NCBI RefSeq assembly: GCF_001194135.2
Contig: NC_069008.1
Span: 9,576,976-9,640,975, forward strand
Origin: Octopus bimaculoides
Taxonomy: Eukaryota
DNA: 64,000 bases
Reading direction: 5' to 3'
Shown: positions 25,560-38,203 of the stretch, piece by piece
How positions within the stretch are numbered: the first letter of the stretch is position 1
Layout: each line of letters begins with the position of its first letter
Position numbers and translations under genes: made by a program
Notes under the pieces: generated by a model
Told to the model about the DNA's origin: nothing
The model's input: only the letters and a program-made list of their open reading frames with translations
The model's database searches: none

Positions 25560-25712
25560 TTAATATGGTGTGATCTTGAAGGCACTTATGTCATTTGGTT
25601 TGATGAAGAGGTGAGACTGAGAGAGAGAGGAGTTACTTTCATACAGTAAAGACAGAGATGTGCTGCGAATGTCCTTCAGTTTTATATCTTTGAATAAAGA
25701 GTTCAAGTCCAC
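25560..25712 (-). CDS. MAN2A1: Golgi alpha-mannosidase II, terminal coding exon
   Basis: Polypyrimidine tract then ...CACTAG|GTG, phase 0. Translates VDLNSLFKDIKLKDIRSTSLSLLYESNSSLSQSHLFIKPNDISAFKITPY*, matching the GH38 C-terminus. Not listed in the ORF track. Confidence 0.85.
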   Translation of the reverse strand: MDLNSLFKDIKLKDIRSTSLSLLYESNSSLSQSHLFIKPNDISAFKITPY

Positions 25713-26130
25713 CTAGTGACAAAAAAGAAAAAGAAACAAATTAACTAATTAGATAATTTCATTTAATTAAAGACAGTTTTATAAAAACACAAAAAAAAGC
25801 AAGAAAAAAAATCATTCATTAAAAACGATGAGGGATATGCAAGTGAAAATTACCAAAATAATTAATTTTTTTACTTTCAGAGAGGGTAGGGCAGTAGACA
25901 TGTGTGTGTGTGTCTGTGAGCACATGAGTGTGTGTTCTCTTCCTTTTTCCCCATCAAGTAACTCTTGATGCAAAGACTGGATTTGAGGGAGAGCTAACTG
26001 ATATTTCTAACAGATCAAGTAACGATACAGAGGCTCCGTTGTCTCTGTGTTGTTATAGTAACAGGGTTAGTAGGGCGATGGTGGTAGTGATAGTGGCAGG
26101 TGTCGCAAAAGGTAACTATAAGATTCTTAC

Positions 26131-26463
26131 CTTTCCATTTCCAATTGTGCAACTGAGTCCCAGGTTGGGGAAATCACAGTCAAATGAGAAGCGGTGCAAG
26201 ATGAGTGCAGCACTGTTCTGTGGCACAAATTTTAGGCTGGGGTCATCATCCTTGTTCTGCAATGTGCGTAGGTTCAACAAATGCACATCACATGTCAGAC
26301 CACTGCTACTGCCATCAAGGGTAGAAGAGAAGGAAGGTAACAGCTCAAGATCAATATTACTACTGTCGGGATTCCTTGGTGACACATATAGTGGGTGGAT
26401 GAGGTGCAATGAAGTGAGATGGGCCAGCAACGAGAGAGGTTTTACTTGGTTCTTCATTTCAAG
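26131..26463 (-). CDS. MAN2A1: Golgi alpha-mannosidase II exon
   Basis: TTTGCAG|CTT...AAG|GTAAGA, 333 nt. Contains LSLLAH, LTCDVHLLNLRTL and AALILHRFSFDC. Confidence 0.93.
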
Positions 26464-27399
26464 CTGCAAAAAATATATTTGGGGGAGATAGTTGAAATAT
26501 AATGTATGTGATATAGTTTGTTAGAGCTTTATAATTTCAAAGAAAAATTTTAACAATAATTAAAAAGGAATCTGATTTAACAAGTTGCTATACTTTCAAA
26601 AGCTCTACTTGACTACTAATTAGACCACGTAAGCTGTGCCAAACACTTAATATATTAACATCAATATAGAAGAATGTAATATAGAGATCTTAAACTCTTC
26701 GTGACACATCATTTAACTTCCCCTAGTCATGCAATCCCAAAAATGGCAATGCACCTAAGTGAATAAAAAACAGAAAAGATTAACAATTGTAATACTCTTG
26801 TGATATTCTCTAATATTTAGACTTAAAAACCAAACAAAAAAATGCAATACTATGCACAAATTACTGTGGTTGAGAAGAATTGTACATAATGCACAAGAGA
26901 GAATACAGTGCTGGCATAGGTAAGTAATGTCTTTGGAAAATTTTAGTCATGCCAAGTGAGCACTCCAAGTGATGGAATTTGTGAAAGGAAGAGACCAAGG
27001 ATGACATGGGAAGAAATGGTGAAAGCTTGGAGGAATGGGGAGAAAAAAATGGACAGAAAACTGAGGATGGTGGTGGTAATGGTAGTAGTGGTAGGATGAA
27101 TAATACAAACATTTGGGGGGCGGTTGTCTTATACCCATTATATTCTTATAATGTGCGTATATGGCTCTATTACAGACCATTTTGATAACCTTATTATCAT
27201 GGCTGATGACTTTAATGGATATGTTAGGCTACACACAGATACCTACTTGTGCATACATGGAAGCTATAGATACAGTAAAAGGAATGAAGGCTTAGTATTT
27301 TGAAGCACAAATGACCAAGACATTTGCAATGTTATCTTCCAGAAAAAAAACTAGTCAGTCACATGACCATCTGCTGCTCATGTAAACATGTATGCCAAA

Positions 27400-28240
27400 A
27401 AAATTGCATACTCACTAGGAAACAGGATGGCCAGCTAATTATGAAAGCTAAGTTTTTCACCAGTGAAGAATGTAGCATTCAACATAGTTTGATGATTAGT
27501 AACTTCAAAAACAAGAATTAGACAAACTCAGAGATGAGACAATCAGGAGAAAGGTGTGGAAACTGAAAGATCTCTATTAAACACTGATTCAAAGAGGTTT
27601 CAGATGAGGAATATGTTGAGAAGGAAAAATGACATAAGACAAAAAGTATAAATATACAAGACAGCCTGCTACAGCAAAGTTTCAACCAAACATGATGATA
27701 TGATGGGGGAATGGTACAATAGACAGACCCATCAAAGCTATATGACTGGTAAGATGAGAGTAGGGAAGAACATCAAGAAACTAGATGAGAAGCTAGACAA
27801 CAGGTATACAAAGCAAAGAAAGAAGCAGAAAATAAGAGGTTTGTCAATGTACTCAGACAAGAGAGGTAAAGTGTTTTAAATTGCAAAGCAGTGTATCAGT
27901 ATGTGAATCAAGACATCATTCAGGAAAAGTACATCTGGAGTGACAATGGTACACTCTCCATTACCATACTGAAAAGAAATTCTTGGAAATGCTGCTATAG
28001 AGAATATAGAGAATGTGTGGGGAACAGAAGCCTTCTCTATATAAAGCCAACATAAGGATGAGTTAAGAAGATGACACCTGTACAGTCAAAGTGATTGAAA
28101 AACATTAAAGGAGGGAAAGCAGGTGGCCTGTCAAGGATAGTCAATGAAGTGTTGAAAATCAAAGTAGGAGTAGTGCTATTCACTTGTATAGTCAGCCATG
28201 TAGTACAAAGAAGTGACATGCCCTCATTCATTTGTCAGAA
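27400..28240 (+). mobile_element. Heavily decayed RTE LINE fragment (intronic)
   Basis: Remnants EECSIQHSLMISNF, RRKVWKLKD and MKNIKGGKAGG, homologous to 5330-7848. Confidence 0.65.
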
Positions 28241-28297
28241 TATTCAAACTCAACACAGAATTATTCACAGAAAGAAATTAATATTAAATATACTCAC

Positions 28298-29345
28298 AAG
28301 AGGGGAAATCTTTCTTATTTCAAGAAGAAGCCGGAATTTGTTAGGGGTCTGTTTGTTATCAAGCACACCCTGGCCCAGACCTCGGCTATCATCTTGGTTG
28401 AGGCGACGGTCCAACATCACTTCCATCTCACCAGGCTTCAGATAGGCAGCTCCAAGTGACTGACCAGATAGGATGTTTAATCGTTTCTGAGAATTCTCCA
28501 CAAACATAGCAGTTGGCATGGGATAGTAGTTGGCCTGCAAAGGCAACTTGCTGTATGTTTTACGCCGGTGCATCTGGAAACCATTTAGGTCAGTGTGGAA
28601 AGAGTTGTCCTCACTCTTAATATCACTACACACCCTCATGGCTATCTCAAAGTTCAGTTTGTCTCTAATGTCCACTATATTGTAGATGTCCAGTGACAAA
28701 CTATCTGCACCTGGTGAATTATATAACCTCACAACATGCTCTACATTTTCCACAAAGACACTCACTTCAGATACAACAGTGCCTTGAATGACACGAATGA
28801 ATGGGTCGACAATTGTTACTTCCCGACCTTCACCATCTGGCAGGAATAGATAAGCACCACTCTTTTCAGAAGATTTTCGAGTGCCATATGTTACAAATTT
28901 GATGCTGACTGGGTGTGTAATACCCTCTGCTTTAAATGTGATGTTTTGTAACAGCCCTGTTGCCTGGCTGAAGCCAGCCTTCATGTAATAGTTCTCAAGA
29001 CTGAAGGGCTTTGATGGGGACTTCTTTATTGTGAACACTGAACTGGAATGTTCCATGTTCATGTTTGAGTTGTAAAATGTTATCTCCGATGGCACAGCTT
29101 TTTTTGTGGACAGTTTGTGTGTTTTTTCGATTGTGTATTGGCAAATGCCCAATGCTTGGATGGCCATCACAAATGACACCTTGTAGACGTCTGTGGAGAC
29201 AGAATCCCGGTCAGTCCAGAACAAGTCAATCTGTGAAGGAATGATCTTTCCCCTAGGATCTCTGACAATAACAAATGGGGAGTCGACATAGACACTGACT
29301 ACAGTCTCTCGCTTATGTGCCAATGAGTTGTAAAATATAACAGAC
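28298..29345 (-). CDS. MAN2A1: Golgi alpha-mannosidase II, 1048-nt exon
   Basis: TTTCTAG|G TCT GTT...CTT|GTGAGT. Contains SGAYLFLPDG, FHTDLNG, KLPLQANYYPM and MLDRRLNQDDSRGLGQG. Confidence 0.96.
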
Positions 29346-29432
29346 CTAGAAAATTACAATAAAATATAATTAAATTAATAAGAATGTTGTAGTTTGCTTC
29401 AAGCATTGTAGAAGAAGGAAAAGTGTAAAGGC

Positions 29433-29519
29433 CCATCCTCAGAAAGAAACAGTCTAGGAAATGTCCAGTCACACCAGATATAACTGGACATTTCCCAGAC
29501 TGTTTCCTTCTGAGGCTGG
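29433..29519. repeat. 87-nt hairpin just upstream of the 1048-nt exon acceptor
   Basis: 37-bp arms (29433-29469 and 29483-29519) with 34/37 identity and a 13-nt loop. Confidence 0.85.
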
Positions 29520-29729
29520 ACTTTTGTGTCTTAAATATAAAGGATTTTGTAAAACTTTTGGCATTGTTAGAAGCTTTATTTTCCCTTTTCTTTTCCTTCT
29601 TCCATAATTAAACTATTGTAATCATAATATATAAAGAAAAAAAAGAGAAAGAAAAACAATGCAAAATATGGCATATTCCTAGGGCAAGCTGTGTAGTGGA
29701 AGCAATATTGTAACAATAATATTACTGAA

Positions 29730-30570
29730 CTAATGAGAATTGTTTCTAATTTAGGTAATAAGGCAATTTGGGGAAAAGGATGTTTGTCAATTACAATTAA
29801 TCCAGTATATGACTAGTATTTCACTTTATTGACTGTAAAGGAATGAAACATAAAGTTGACTAATGCAGAATTTGAACTAAAAATGTAAAAAACCAGAACA
29901 AATACAGCAAGAAAGTTTGTCCAGTGCTTATAACAATTCTGCCAATCTACTGCTTTAACAACAACAACGGTTTCAGATTTTGGCACAAGGTTAGCAATTT
30001 TGGGGGAGGGGTTAAGTTGATTATATCAACTACAGTACTCGACTGGTGCTTATTTTATCAACTTTAAAAGTATGAAAGGCAAAGGTGATTTTGGAGGCAT
30101 TTGAACTCAGAACATAAAGAGACACAAAATGCCACAAAGCATTTTTCCTGGTGTGCTAACAATTCTGCCAGCTCACCACCTTAAATATTGATTTCAAATT
30201 TTGATACAAGGCTTGAAATTTGGGGGAAGGGGTTAAGTCGATTACACCACCTCCAGTGTTTAACTGGTACTAATTTTATTGGCCTGAAAGGCAAAGTTGA
30301 CTGTGGTAGAATTTGAACTCAGAATGTAAAGTTGGATGAAATGCTGCTAAGCATTTTGCCCAGAGTACTAACGATTGGCACAAGACCTGAAATTTGGCAG
30401 CAGGGGACTAGTTGATTACACTGACCCCAGTGTTTACTGGTACTTAATTTACTGAGCCCAAAAGGATGAAAGGCAAAATTGACCTTGGCGGAATTTGAAA
30501 CTCAGGATGTAAAGACGGATAAAATGCCACTAAGCATTTTGCTCACTGTGGTAACGATTCTGCCAATAAT
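29730..30570 (-). mobile_element. Four head-to-tail SINE family B copies
   Basis: GAAAGGCAAAG..GA...GGAATTTGAACTCAGAA..TAAAG recurs about every 200 bp, all in the same orientation and mutually diverged. Confidence 0.8.
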
Positions 30571-31627
30571 TCTAACAAAGGCAACAGCAACATATTAGAG
30601 GAAGGAATAAGTCAATCACACTGATTGCAGTATTTACTTACAGTCAATTTATCATGCTACTTTGTACATGGAATGATGCAAAGAAATCCATCAGAACCAT
30701 GCCAGTGAAGGAAAATGGATAATGATAATGATGATGATGATGATGATGATAGTAATGGTTCCTAAAATAGGCATAGTCACATATTCTGGGGAATAAGAGA
30801 CAGGGAACCAACAGTATCCAACAATTTTGGTTACATAGACCTTTATGTAACCAAATATAAAAGTGAACTATAGTGGGCTATGATAATGTAATAAAAGCCA
30901 TCGGGAAAAAAAAATTAATTCTATATTACCACCTGAGTTAGGTAAGAGGTTCTTGGTGAGAATGAAGAAACATTTGTACATGTTGCTACATGTATTCATA
31001 CAGGATAGTAACATGTTACTACCATGATTATATATGATTAAATGTATTCCATTCATGACCATCCACGCTTTTTCCTATCTGCAAGGAATTCAGAACTATA
31101 TTATGCAATGTCTTAGGTGATAGAATTTGAGGGTGATTTGTTTGCTATTTCTAACAACTCTAGGCACCATTTATAGGGCATCTTATTGGCTCACAGATAT
31201 AGACATACACAAGACAGTAGGGTATGATTTGAGGGAAATTTAGCAGTTATTTCTGTTGGGTCTCGCTCATTTGGCTCATACAAGGAAGTGTATGTGTGCT
31301 TATGGTTAAAAGATTTTGAAAAAAACACTTGATGCACTCAGAATATTTAAAGAAAGATTCTCTTAAAAGTTGTTGACTATTATTATTTTACTTGTTTTAG
31401 TCATTTGACTGTGGCCATGCTGGAGCACTACCTCGAAAGATTTTAGTAGAGCAAATCAACCTCAGGACTTTTTTTTAAAAGCTTAGTACTTATTCTATTG
31501 GTTTCTTTTGCCAAACTGCAAAGACGCAGGGACGTAAACACACACACACACACACACATTAGATAACAAATTGCATGGTTTATATCTGCAAGCTTACTGG
31601 TAAAGCATGTTTACTTTCACAGTGTTC

Positions 31628-32275
31628 GTTGTGTATTTGATTAATGAGAGAGATGAAAGATAGAAGATACAAGAAATTTTATTAATCACTACAATTGTTT
31701 TGACCCATCTAGCATCAATCTGTCATGGGTGGGATACTTAACAACTGGTTCAGGAGCATCCAATGAAGCAGATGTGTCTCTTCAGCTGATAAATAGATAT
31801 AACTCACTAAAATAACAGTTCTGTAAGGTATCTACTCAGTTTGTATGAAGAAATGCATATATCTTCATTTATATAGAAGATCAATGATAAAAAATAACTT
31901 GCAAAAATGAAACAAGAATTAACTATTAAATATAACCATTCACATATATGAATTTATAAATGTCCTCACATAGGTTCTATGGTTCATGTATTGCATGTTC
32001 GTTTCTTTTTTGCACCAGTTACTTTTTATTATTGATCTATATAAATGAAGCTATATTCTTTAATTACACTAACTGAGAAAATACATTGCGGAACTGTTAT
32101 TTTAATGAGTTATATCTTTTTATCACCTAAAGAGACACATCTGCACTGCTGGATGCACCTGAACCAGCTGTTAAGTATCCCACCCATGAGAGATCAATGC
32201 TAGATAGGTTGAAACAATTGTAGTGATTAATAAAGATCTATCTTCCGTCTCTCTCATTAATGAAATATACACTAC
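31628..32275. mobile_element. Divergent inverted pair of PLE pseudo-LTR-like repeats (~280-bp arms), each with a mutated hammerhead
   Basis: Arms are about 31628-31915 and 31995-32275. Minus copy: atcag-CTGAAGA-gac...gtc-AAAA-CAATTG-TA-gtgat. Plus copy: atcac-CTAAAGA-gac...gtt-GAAA-CAATTG-TA-gtgat. Confidence 0.75.
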
Positions 32276-32940
32276 ACACACACACATATATATAATACAT
32301 TAAAAGTCAGTTTGAATTTTGCATGCTTGCAATTTTACTCAGCCAAACTGGTGCATAATGGGAAAATACTATGAATTAAGTTTACCACAAAATATTAATA
32401 TGAACGGAATGAAACAAGTTTTGCATAAATTGGTAAAGTTGTTTTTGAGATATTAGAGATTTTTAGGGAATAAATACCCAAAACAGTGCATAATGGGAAA
32501 ATGTTAAAAAAATAATCCTCATCCTGAAAGTGAAGAAACTCTTATCTTTCTATTAGACAGTGAGTTGACCATGAAGAACTACGAAAAAATAGGATCATTT
32601 TTTTTTTTACAGTAAATGTTTCTATTTTCACTTTTGTTAAACACAATATTTTAATCATTTAGAAATATTTTTAAGTGAATGTGATTTCAAAAATGTAAGT
32701 TGTTTGTATAGTATTTATATTTTAGCTTTCTTTAAACAGACATTGTTTTAATGGTTTTTTTAAAATTATTTCCAAGCTATTACCATAAGAAAATTTTTTT
32801 TGTCATATTTAAAAAATATTTCAAAGTGAAAATGACTTTAAAATTATGGTAAATATTTTGTAAAAGACTCATTTGTAATCTCAGTGTGAAATAGATTTTC
32901 CATGGGTTTTTTTGAGTGCATTCAAAATGTCTCACTGCCA

Positions 32941-33058
32941 AAGATTTGGCTGTTATTTCTAGCACACCCTGCTACCATGTAACAGCTATTTGTGATAAAG
33001 GATCCAAAATACCTGTTACATGGTAGCAGGGCATGCAAGAAATAGCAGCTAAATCTTT
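32941..33058. repeat. ~118-nt hairpin formed by two inverted copies of a short dispersed repeat
   Basis: Perfect 19-bp inner arm CCCTGCTACCATGTAACAG and an outer arm of about 17/20. Confidence 0.85.
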
Positions 33059-34503
33059 CCTTTTCTGGAGAAAGGAGCTGTTTACACGTGATTTCAATGT
33101 CACATTGAATGTCACAAGCATGTGAAATAACCCAGAAAAGAAAAAAAAACCTAAAACAAAACTCTGTTGCTGGAAAACTCAGTTTCCTGGTGACCCAATC
33201 ATGGGTAGTCTAGTATACATATATATATATACAATGGGCTCTTTTTAGTTTCCATCTACTAAATCCACTCACAAGGTTTTGGTTGCCTATAAAGCCATGC
33301 CTACATACATTTAAAACTGTTGGATTTAATATGAAGAAGACTTGGCAGCTATTTCTAGCAGGTCAAGCGATTATATAGATATCTTTTTCATGAACACTAG
33401 CAATCTTGTATACATATTAGCTGATGGGGCCAACATGAGACCCACTATAATATTACTACTACTCCTAGCATGACAGATTTCACTGTGTTGCAAGTTTTGG
33501 GTCCATTCCTGTATCTACTATATCTAAATAAAAAAACTAATTGGTTATGGCTGGAACAAAAGGATTAAGTTAACACTGATCTAACAGACCTATGTTCAAA
33601 AGTATTTCAGCCAGCACTTTTGTTTTGTTCTTAGAAATTGTGTTTCTAAGATTATACAGTATCACCATTGGTTTATCAAAGTAGCATTAAGATGAACAAA
33701 TTGGTTCATGTGATGAACTCTATGGTATTTAAATTGGCCATATTCGAGCCAAATACTATATATGTTTTATGTAAAGATTGGTCATTTTCAGCCTCTCAAC
33801 ATCTACCCTACAATGTCATATTAAAAATAATTAAGTGCATCCTTGAAATTTCAGCACAAAAAGATAATGTATGACTAATTCACAACAATGTGAATAAATA
33901 AGCATTATATTGGTAATATTTGATTTATAAGCAGTTCTCCATGGACAGATAAAGAAAGTACATGGTTGCCAATGAATTCCCAACACAAGATTTAAATTAT
34001 TCCTTCTTTCTCTCCCCACAAAGACAGAGTATCTACATCTATTTATTATATAAAGTGATAACAAAAATCTATAGAATCTGTAGTAAATAAATAAATAAAG
34101 GGATCTCAGTTGGTTGCAATGATGACGGCTCAGTTGTTTGATTAGCTGAATTACCTGCACTTTGAATATGTGAGTGGTAAGTATTCTTGTGACACATGTA
34201 TTAACATAATCAGTAAGACATAATGTGTGACATGGTTGTACCATTGAATTACAGGTGTAATCCATCTGACAGGCTTCTACACAGTTTTTGGCCTTGCTAT
34301 ATCCTATTCTGCAATACATTAAGCATTGAAACTATTGTATTTAAAAACAAGGATAATATTTTAACAGATAGCCACCTGGATGTCCTTCATAATACTAATC
34401 ATTCAGCAATTAAGTAAGAGCTGAGGCTATTATTTTTATTTAGCCAGAAATCAAACCTGGTTATGCTGACCTGCACTTAAAAGGTCCTTCAGCTATTGAG
34501 ATA

Positions 34504-35775
34504 TTAAGTTGTCAAGAAAGTTCTTGCGGTTTTTAACCTTTAATTTCAGATGCACATATCTCAGCTTAAACAAAACTTTATTAATCGAAATAAACACCAT
34601 CAGAATCAACACACTTTTGCCAATGCGAAACAAGTTTATCTATGCCAGTAGCATAAAAATCCTGTGTTCTGGTGGCGATGAAGTCGTTGAAGGCATGTTT
34701 GGCATTGTCTTGGTTTTTAAAGCGTTTCTGATGCAGTAAATTGTCAAGATGCTTGAAAAAGTGGTAGTCAGTAGGCGAGAGGTCTGGTGAGTATGGCGGA
34801 TGAGGCAGAGTTTCGTAGCCCAAATCGTTCAACCTCTGCAGGGTCAGTTCTGTGATGTGTGGCTGAGCGTTGTTGTGGAGAAGAATTGGTCCTTTTCTAT
34901 TGACCAATGCTGGCTGTTGTTGTCAGAGTTTCTTATGCATTTCATCCATTTTCTGACAGTACTTCTCTGTCGTAATGGTTTTACCTGGATCCAAAATGCT
35001 GTGACGGATGAGACCAGCTGCAGACCACCAAACAGTCACCATGACCTTCTTTTGGCTTCGGGAAGTGCTGTGAAGCTTCGTTGGCATCCAACCAGTGAGC
35101 TGAGCGTCACCGGTTGTCGTAAAGAATCCACTTTTCATCGCAAGTCACAATACGGTTGAGAAATGGGTCATTCTTGTTGTGTAAAAGAAGGGAAGATGAC
35201 ACTTCAAAACGGCGTTTTTTTGGTTGTCGTTCAATTCATGCGGCACCCATTTCTCAAGTATTTTCGTTTTTCCAGTCTCTTTCAAGTGGTTGGAAATTGT
35301 TGTATACATTACATCTAATTCAGAAGCAAGCTCTCGAACAGATGTGTGTGGATTGGCTTACACTAAGGCTCTTAGTTGATCGTTGTCAACATCCGATGGC
35401 CGACCACTATGCTTATCATCTTCAAGACTCTCGTCACTGCTACAAAATTTCTTGAACCACCATTGTGCTGTACGTTCATTAGTGGTTCCTGGGCCAAACA
35501 CATCGTTGATATTGCGAGCTGTTTCAGCAGCTTTTCGGCCTAGCTTGAACTAGAATAAGAAAATTGTGCAAATTTGCTTTTTGTCCATGTTGTATTCAAC
35601 GTTCTGGAAAAATGGACTAATTATTCAAAAAGAAAAAGAGTAACATGATTAGATAGAGCCAAAAACGGGTTTAAAATGATATATAAATTCAAAGTAATTT
35701 AATGAAAATTAATTTTAAAATAGATCATTTAAAACCAAAATTAAAATTTCTGCAAGAACTTTCTTGACAACCTAA
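34504..35775 (-). mobile_element. Full-length mariner (cecropia/Hsmar1-like), transposase inactivated
   Basis: 1272 bp with TIRs TTARGTTGTCAAGAAAGTTCTTGC and TA flanks. ATG at 35588 begins MDKKQICTIFLF*FKLGRKAAETARNIN; the C-terminus has PHPPYSPDLSPTDYHFF and ends GVYFD* at 34581. Confidence 0.93.
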
Positions 35776-37204
35776 TATTTATTTTCAGATATTTATTCTC
35801 AGATATAGTTTATCTTAAACTACATTATCCAATGTAACAGAAACATTAAGAAGACAGAACTGATGGAACTGATGTTCCAGCTAAAACTAGCCATCAACTT
35901 CATGACCCAACCATAAAGATATGCAAACACCAACTGAAGGTTGTAGAGCAGAAGTTCTCTCACAAAGTGCATGCACAATGAGATCCCAACCCATATAATG
36001 CAAGTGATTGTTGCCTGCAGAAGACTGCACAAAAGATTCTGGCCCACTTCAGAACAAAAATTAGGATCTATCAGACAGTTTTCTTAATGCTAGTGCAACT
36101 ATACCACCAATATGCTAAAAAAAAACTGGACCAGTTCCATTAGAAAAACTGTAGTAACTTGCTAACAACTGACAAAATATTTTGTGGAGCCAAAATAGTG
36201 CAGTTAAAGCCAAGTTTTGAAAGAAGAAATACCAACTTCTCTACAGTAAAATTGCTAACACATTTACAATAGGTATATGACACATATCCCATTGGTGGGC
36301 CTCTAGATCTTTTCAATTTCAAATCAGTACTTACATACTAAATATATTATATAGCATGATATCTATTAATAAATGTATTAAAGCATACAGAAAAATTATT
36401 GTATGTGAAAATTCAGCAGTTTAGGTTTGGGCTCTCACTTAAAAGCTTGGGATTCAAGTACAGAATTGAGTAGTGCATTATGTTTTGAAGCAGAGTGCAG
36501 CTCTGTAAATGCAGCTAGAAAGAGAAAAGACATCTATTGAATCATGATGGCTCAGCTCAAACATATATTTCTAAAAATGGTAAAGGGTGATTTAAAGGAT
36601 ATTTAGCTGCTGTTTCTAGCAACTCAAGTAACAAAATAGAATCTCTCCTCATTGGCTTGTAGTATATATATATAGTTAGTTTAGTTCTAGGTCATCCATG
36701 ATCTAGTGTATCTATATTCAAAGTCAACTCCACTCCAAAAAATATATCTAGGGTTATATTTTCCAGTGATTTACCTTTCTATAAGGTAACCTGGTGAAGA
36801 GTTGTGTCCTTCACACAGGAACCCTGATTTCAGAAAAAGCTGCCAGCTCCAGTAGGCAGTAAGATGCAAACACAAAAACACATACTTTTTGTACTTTACA
36901 GAATAATATTAAACTGGTTGTTATTGTTGCTGCTTATCCCAGGTTAATTTGTACACAACAAATCTATAATCAATGAAACTTGAGTCAGCTTATTTCTAAT
37001 AACAGAATTAGTAAATCTAGGACTATATTTAAGATTAACCCTTTCTTTATTAGACTTTAAGGTAATAATACACTGTCAATTTATTTCAATTTTGAAAAAA
37101 AACAATCAAAAATTTTGTGGGATTTAATAGAACAAATGATTTTGTTCTTTCATTAATAAGACAGTGTTTGGAACATAATTTAATAATTAGTCTCTTATAT
37201 AAAA

Positions 37205-38099
37205 CTAGTCTACCCGTACTATCAGAAATGACGGCATGAAAATGATGCAGAAAATAAAATTAAAATAAAAACATTACAACCTTTATCTCAGTAATTGCTT
37301 CAACCCCACGTTTCTAGTGAAAACCCTACCAGCAATGAGTTCCCCTTGTTTTTGGATGGTCCGTTTCAGTATTAATTCTTCCATTCTTCTCGATGTTCTC
37401 TCTTTTTTGATTTCTCTCCTTTGTGCTGCTTCCTCTTCTGTTTCATCTTGTCACCTTTGCAATGCACTCATTCTTAGATATTCTCTCCTCACTACTGCTT
37501 GCTCTTCTGTTTCATCTTGGCACTTTTGTGTTACTCTCTCTCTCTCTCTGGATATCTTTGCTTTGTGCAGTTAGGTGCTCCTTTTCATTTTGACGTCTTC
37601 AAGCCTGTCTTCTTGCGTCTTGCACTCATCTCACTTCTTGTGATTGATTTAATAACCTTAATGTATTGTTTAATCTTCCTGCGTCCAGTTCTTCATGAGT
37701 GAGACTGGCTGATCTTCGCCTTTGTCTCTCTCTCTCTCTCTGGCTAACTGTTGCCTTCTGTCTGTTTCAGTCTCCATAGCAGGTGGATGAGTATATTTAA
37801 TGCAATGGAACACAAACTTTAAAACAAATGAGTATATGTGTGTGTGTGTACGTTTGTATCTATTTCTATACATAACAATACAAAGTCCAAAATTACAAAG
37901 GATTACATTAACAGTATACTCACAGAGACTTATTACTTTTTTTTCCAGCAACGTCTACATGTTCTCTATCTCTGTCTCTCTCACTCTCTTTACCACTTCA
38001 AATGGAAAAATATCTAGAAGACAAACTTCACCTCCTTGGCAAAATTTTTCATTCATAAATATTTACAAACATCACTGTATCAGCAAGTATTTATAAAGA
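37205..38099 (-). mobile_element. Non-autonomous Helitron (895 bp) with both termini
   Basis: Minus strand reads A|TCTTTATAAATA...subterminal hairpin (37213-37234)...CTAG|T. The interior encodes an R/E/Q-rich RepHel-like N-terminal remnant (RERQRRRSASLTHEELDAGRL). Confidence 0.7.
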
Positions 38100-38203
38100 T
38101 TTATAATTACCTTCCTTTTATATTTAGCTTTCTTTAAACAGACAATATTATCAAGCTTTCTTTCAATAGACAATATTTTAATTCTATGACTTAAAAATTA
38201 CTA

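Noticed and set aside
25928-26491. 187-aa plus-strand ORF
   Set aside because: It is an antisense shadow of a MAN2A exon.
30826-30855. Perfect 12-bp hairpin TTTGGTTACATA/TATGTAACCAAA
   Set aside because: Short and AT-rich, with no context supporting a function.
36770-36840. Possible extra MAN2A exon (AAG|GTAAAT-like donor)
   Set aside because: The spliced frame is already complete and collinear with GH38 homologs without it.
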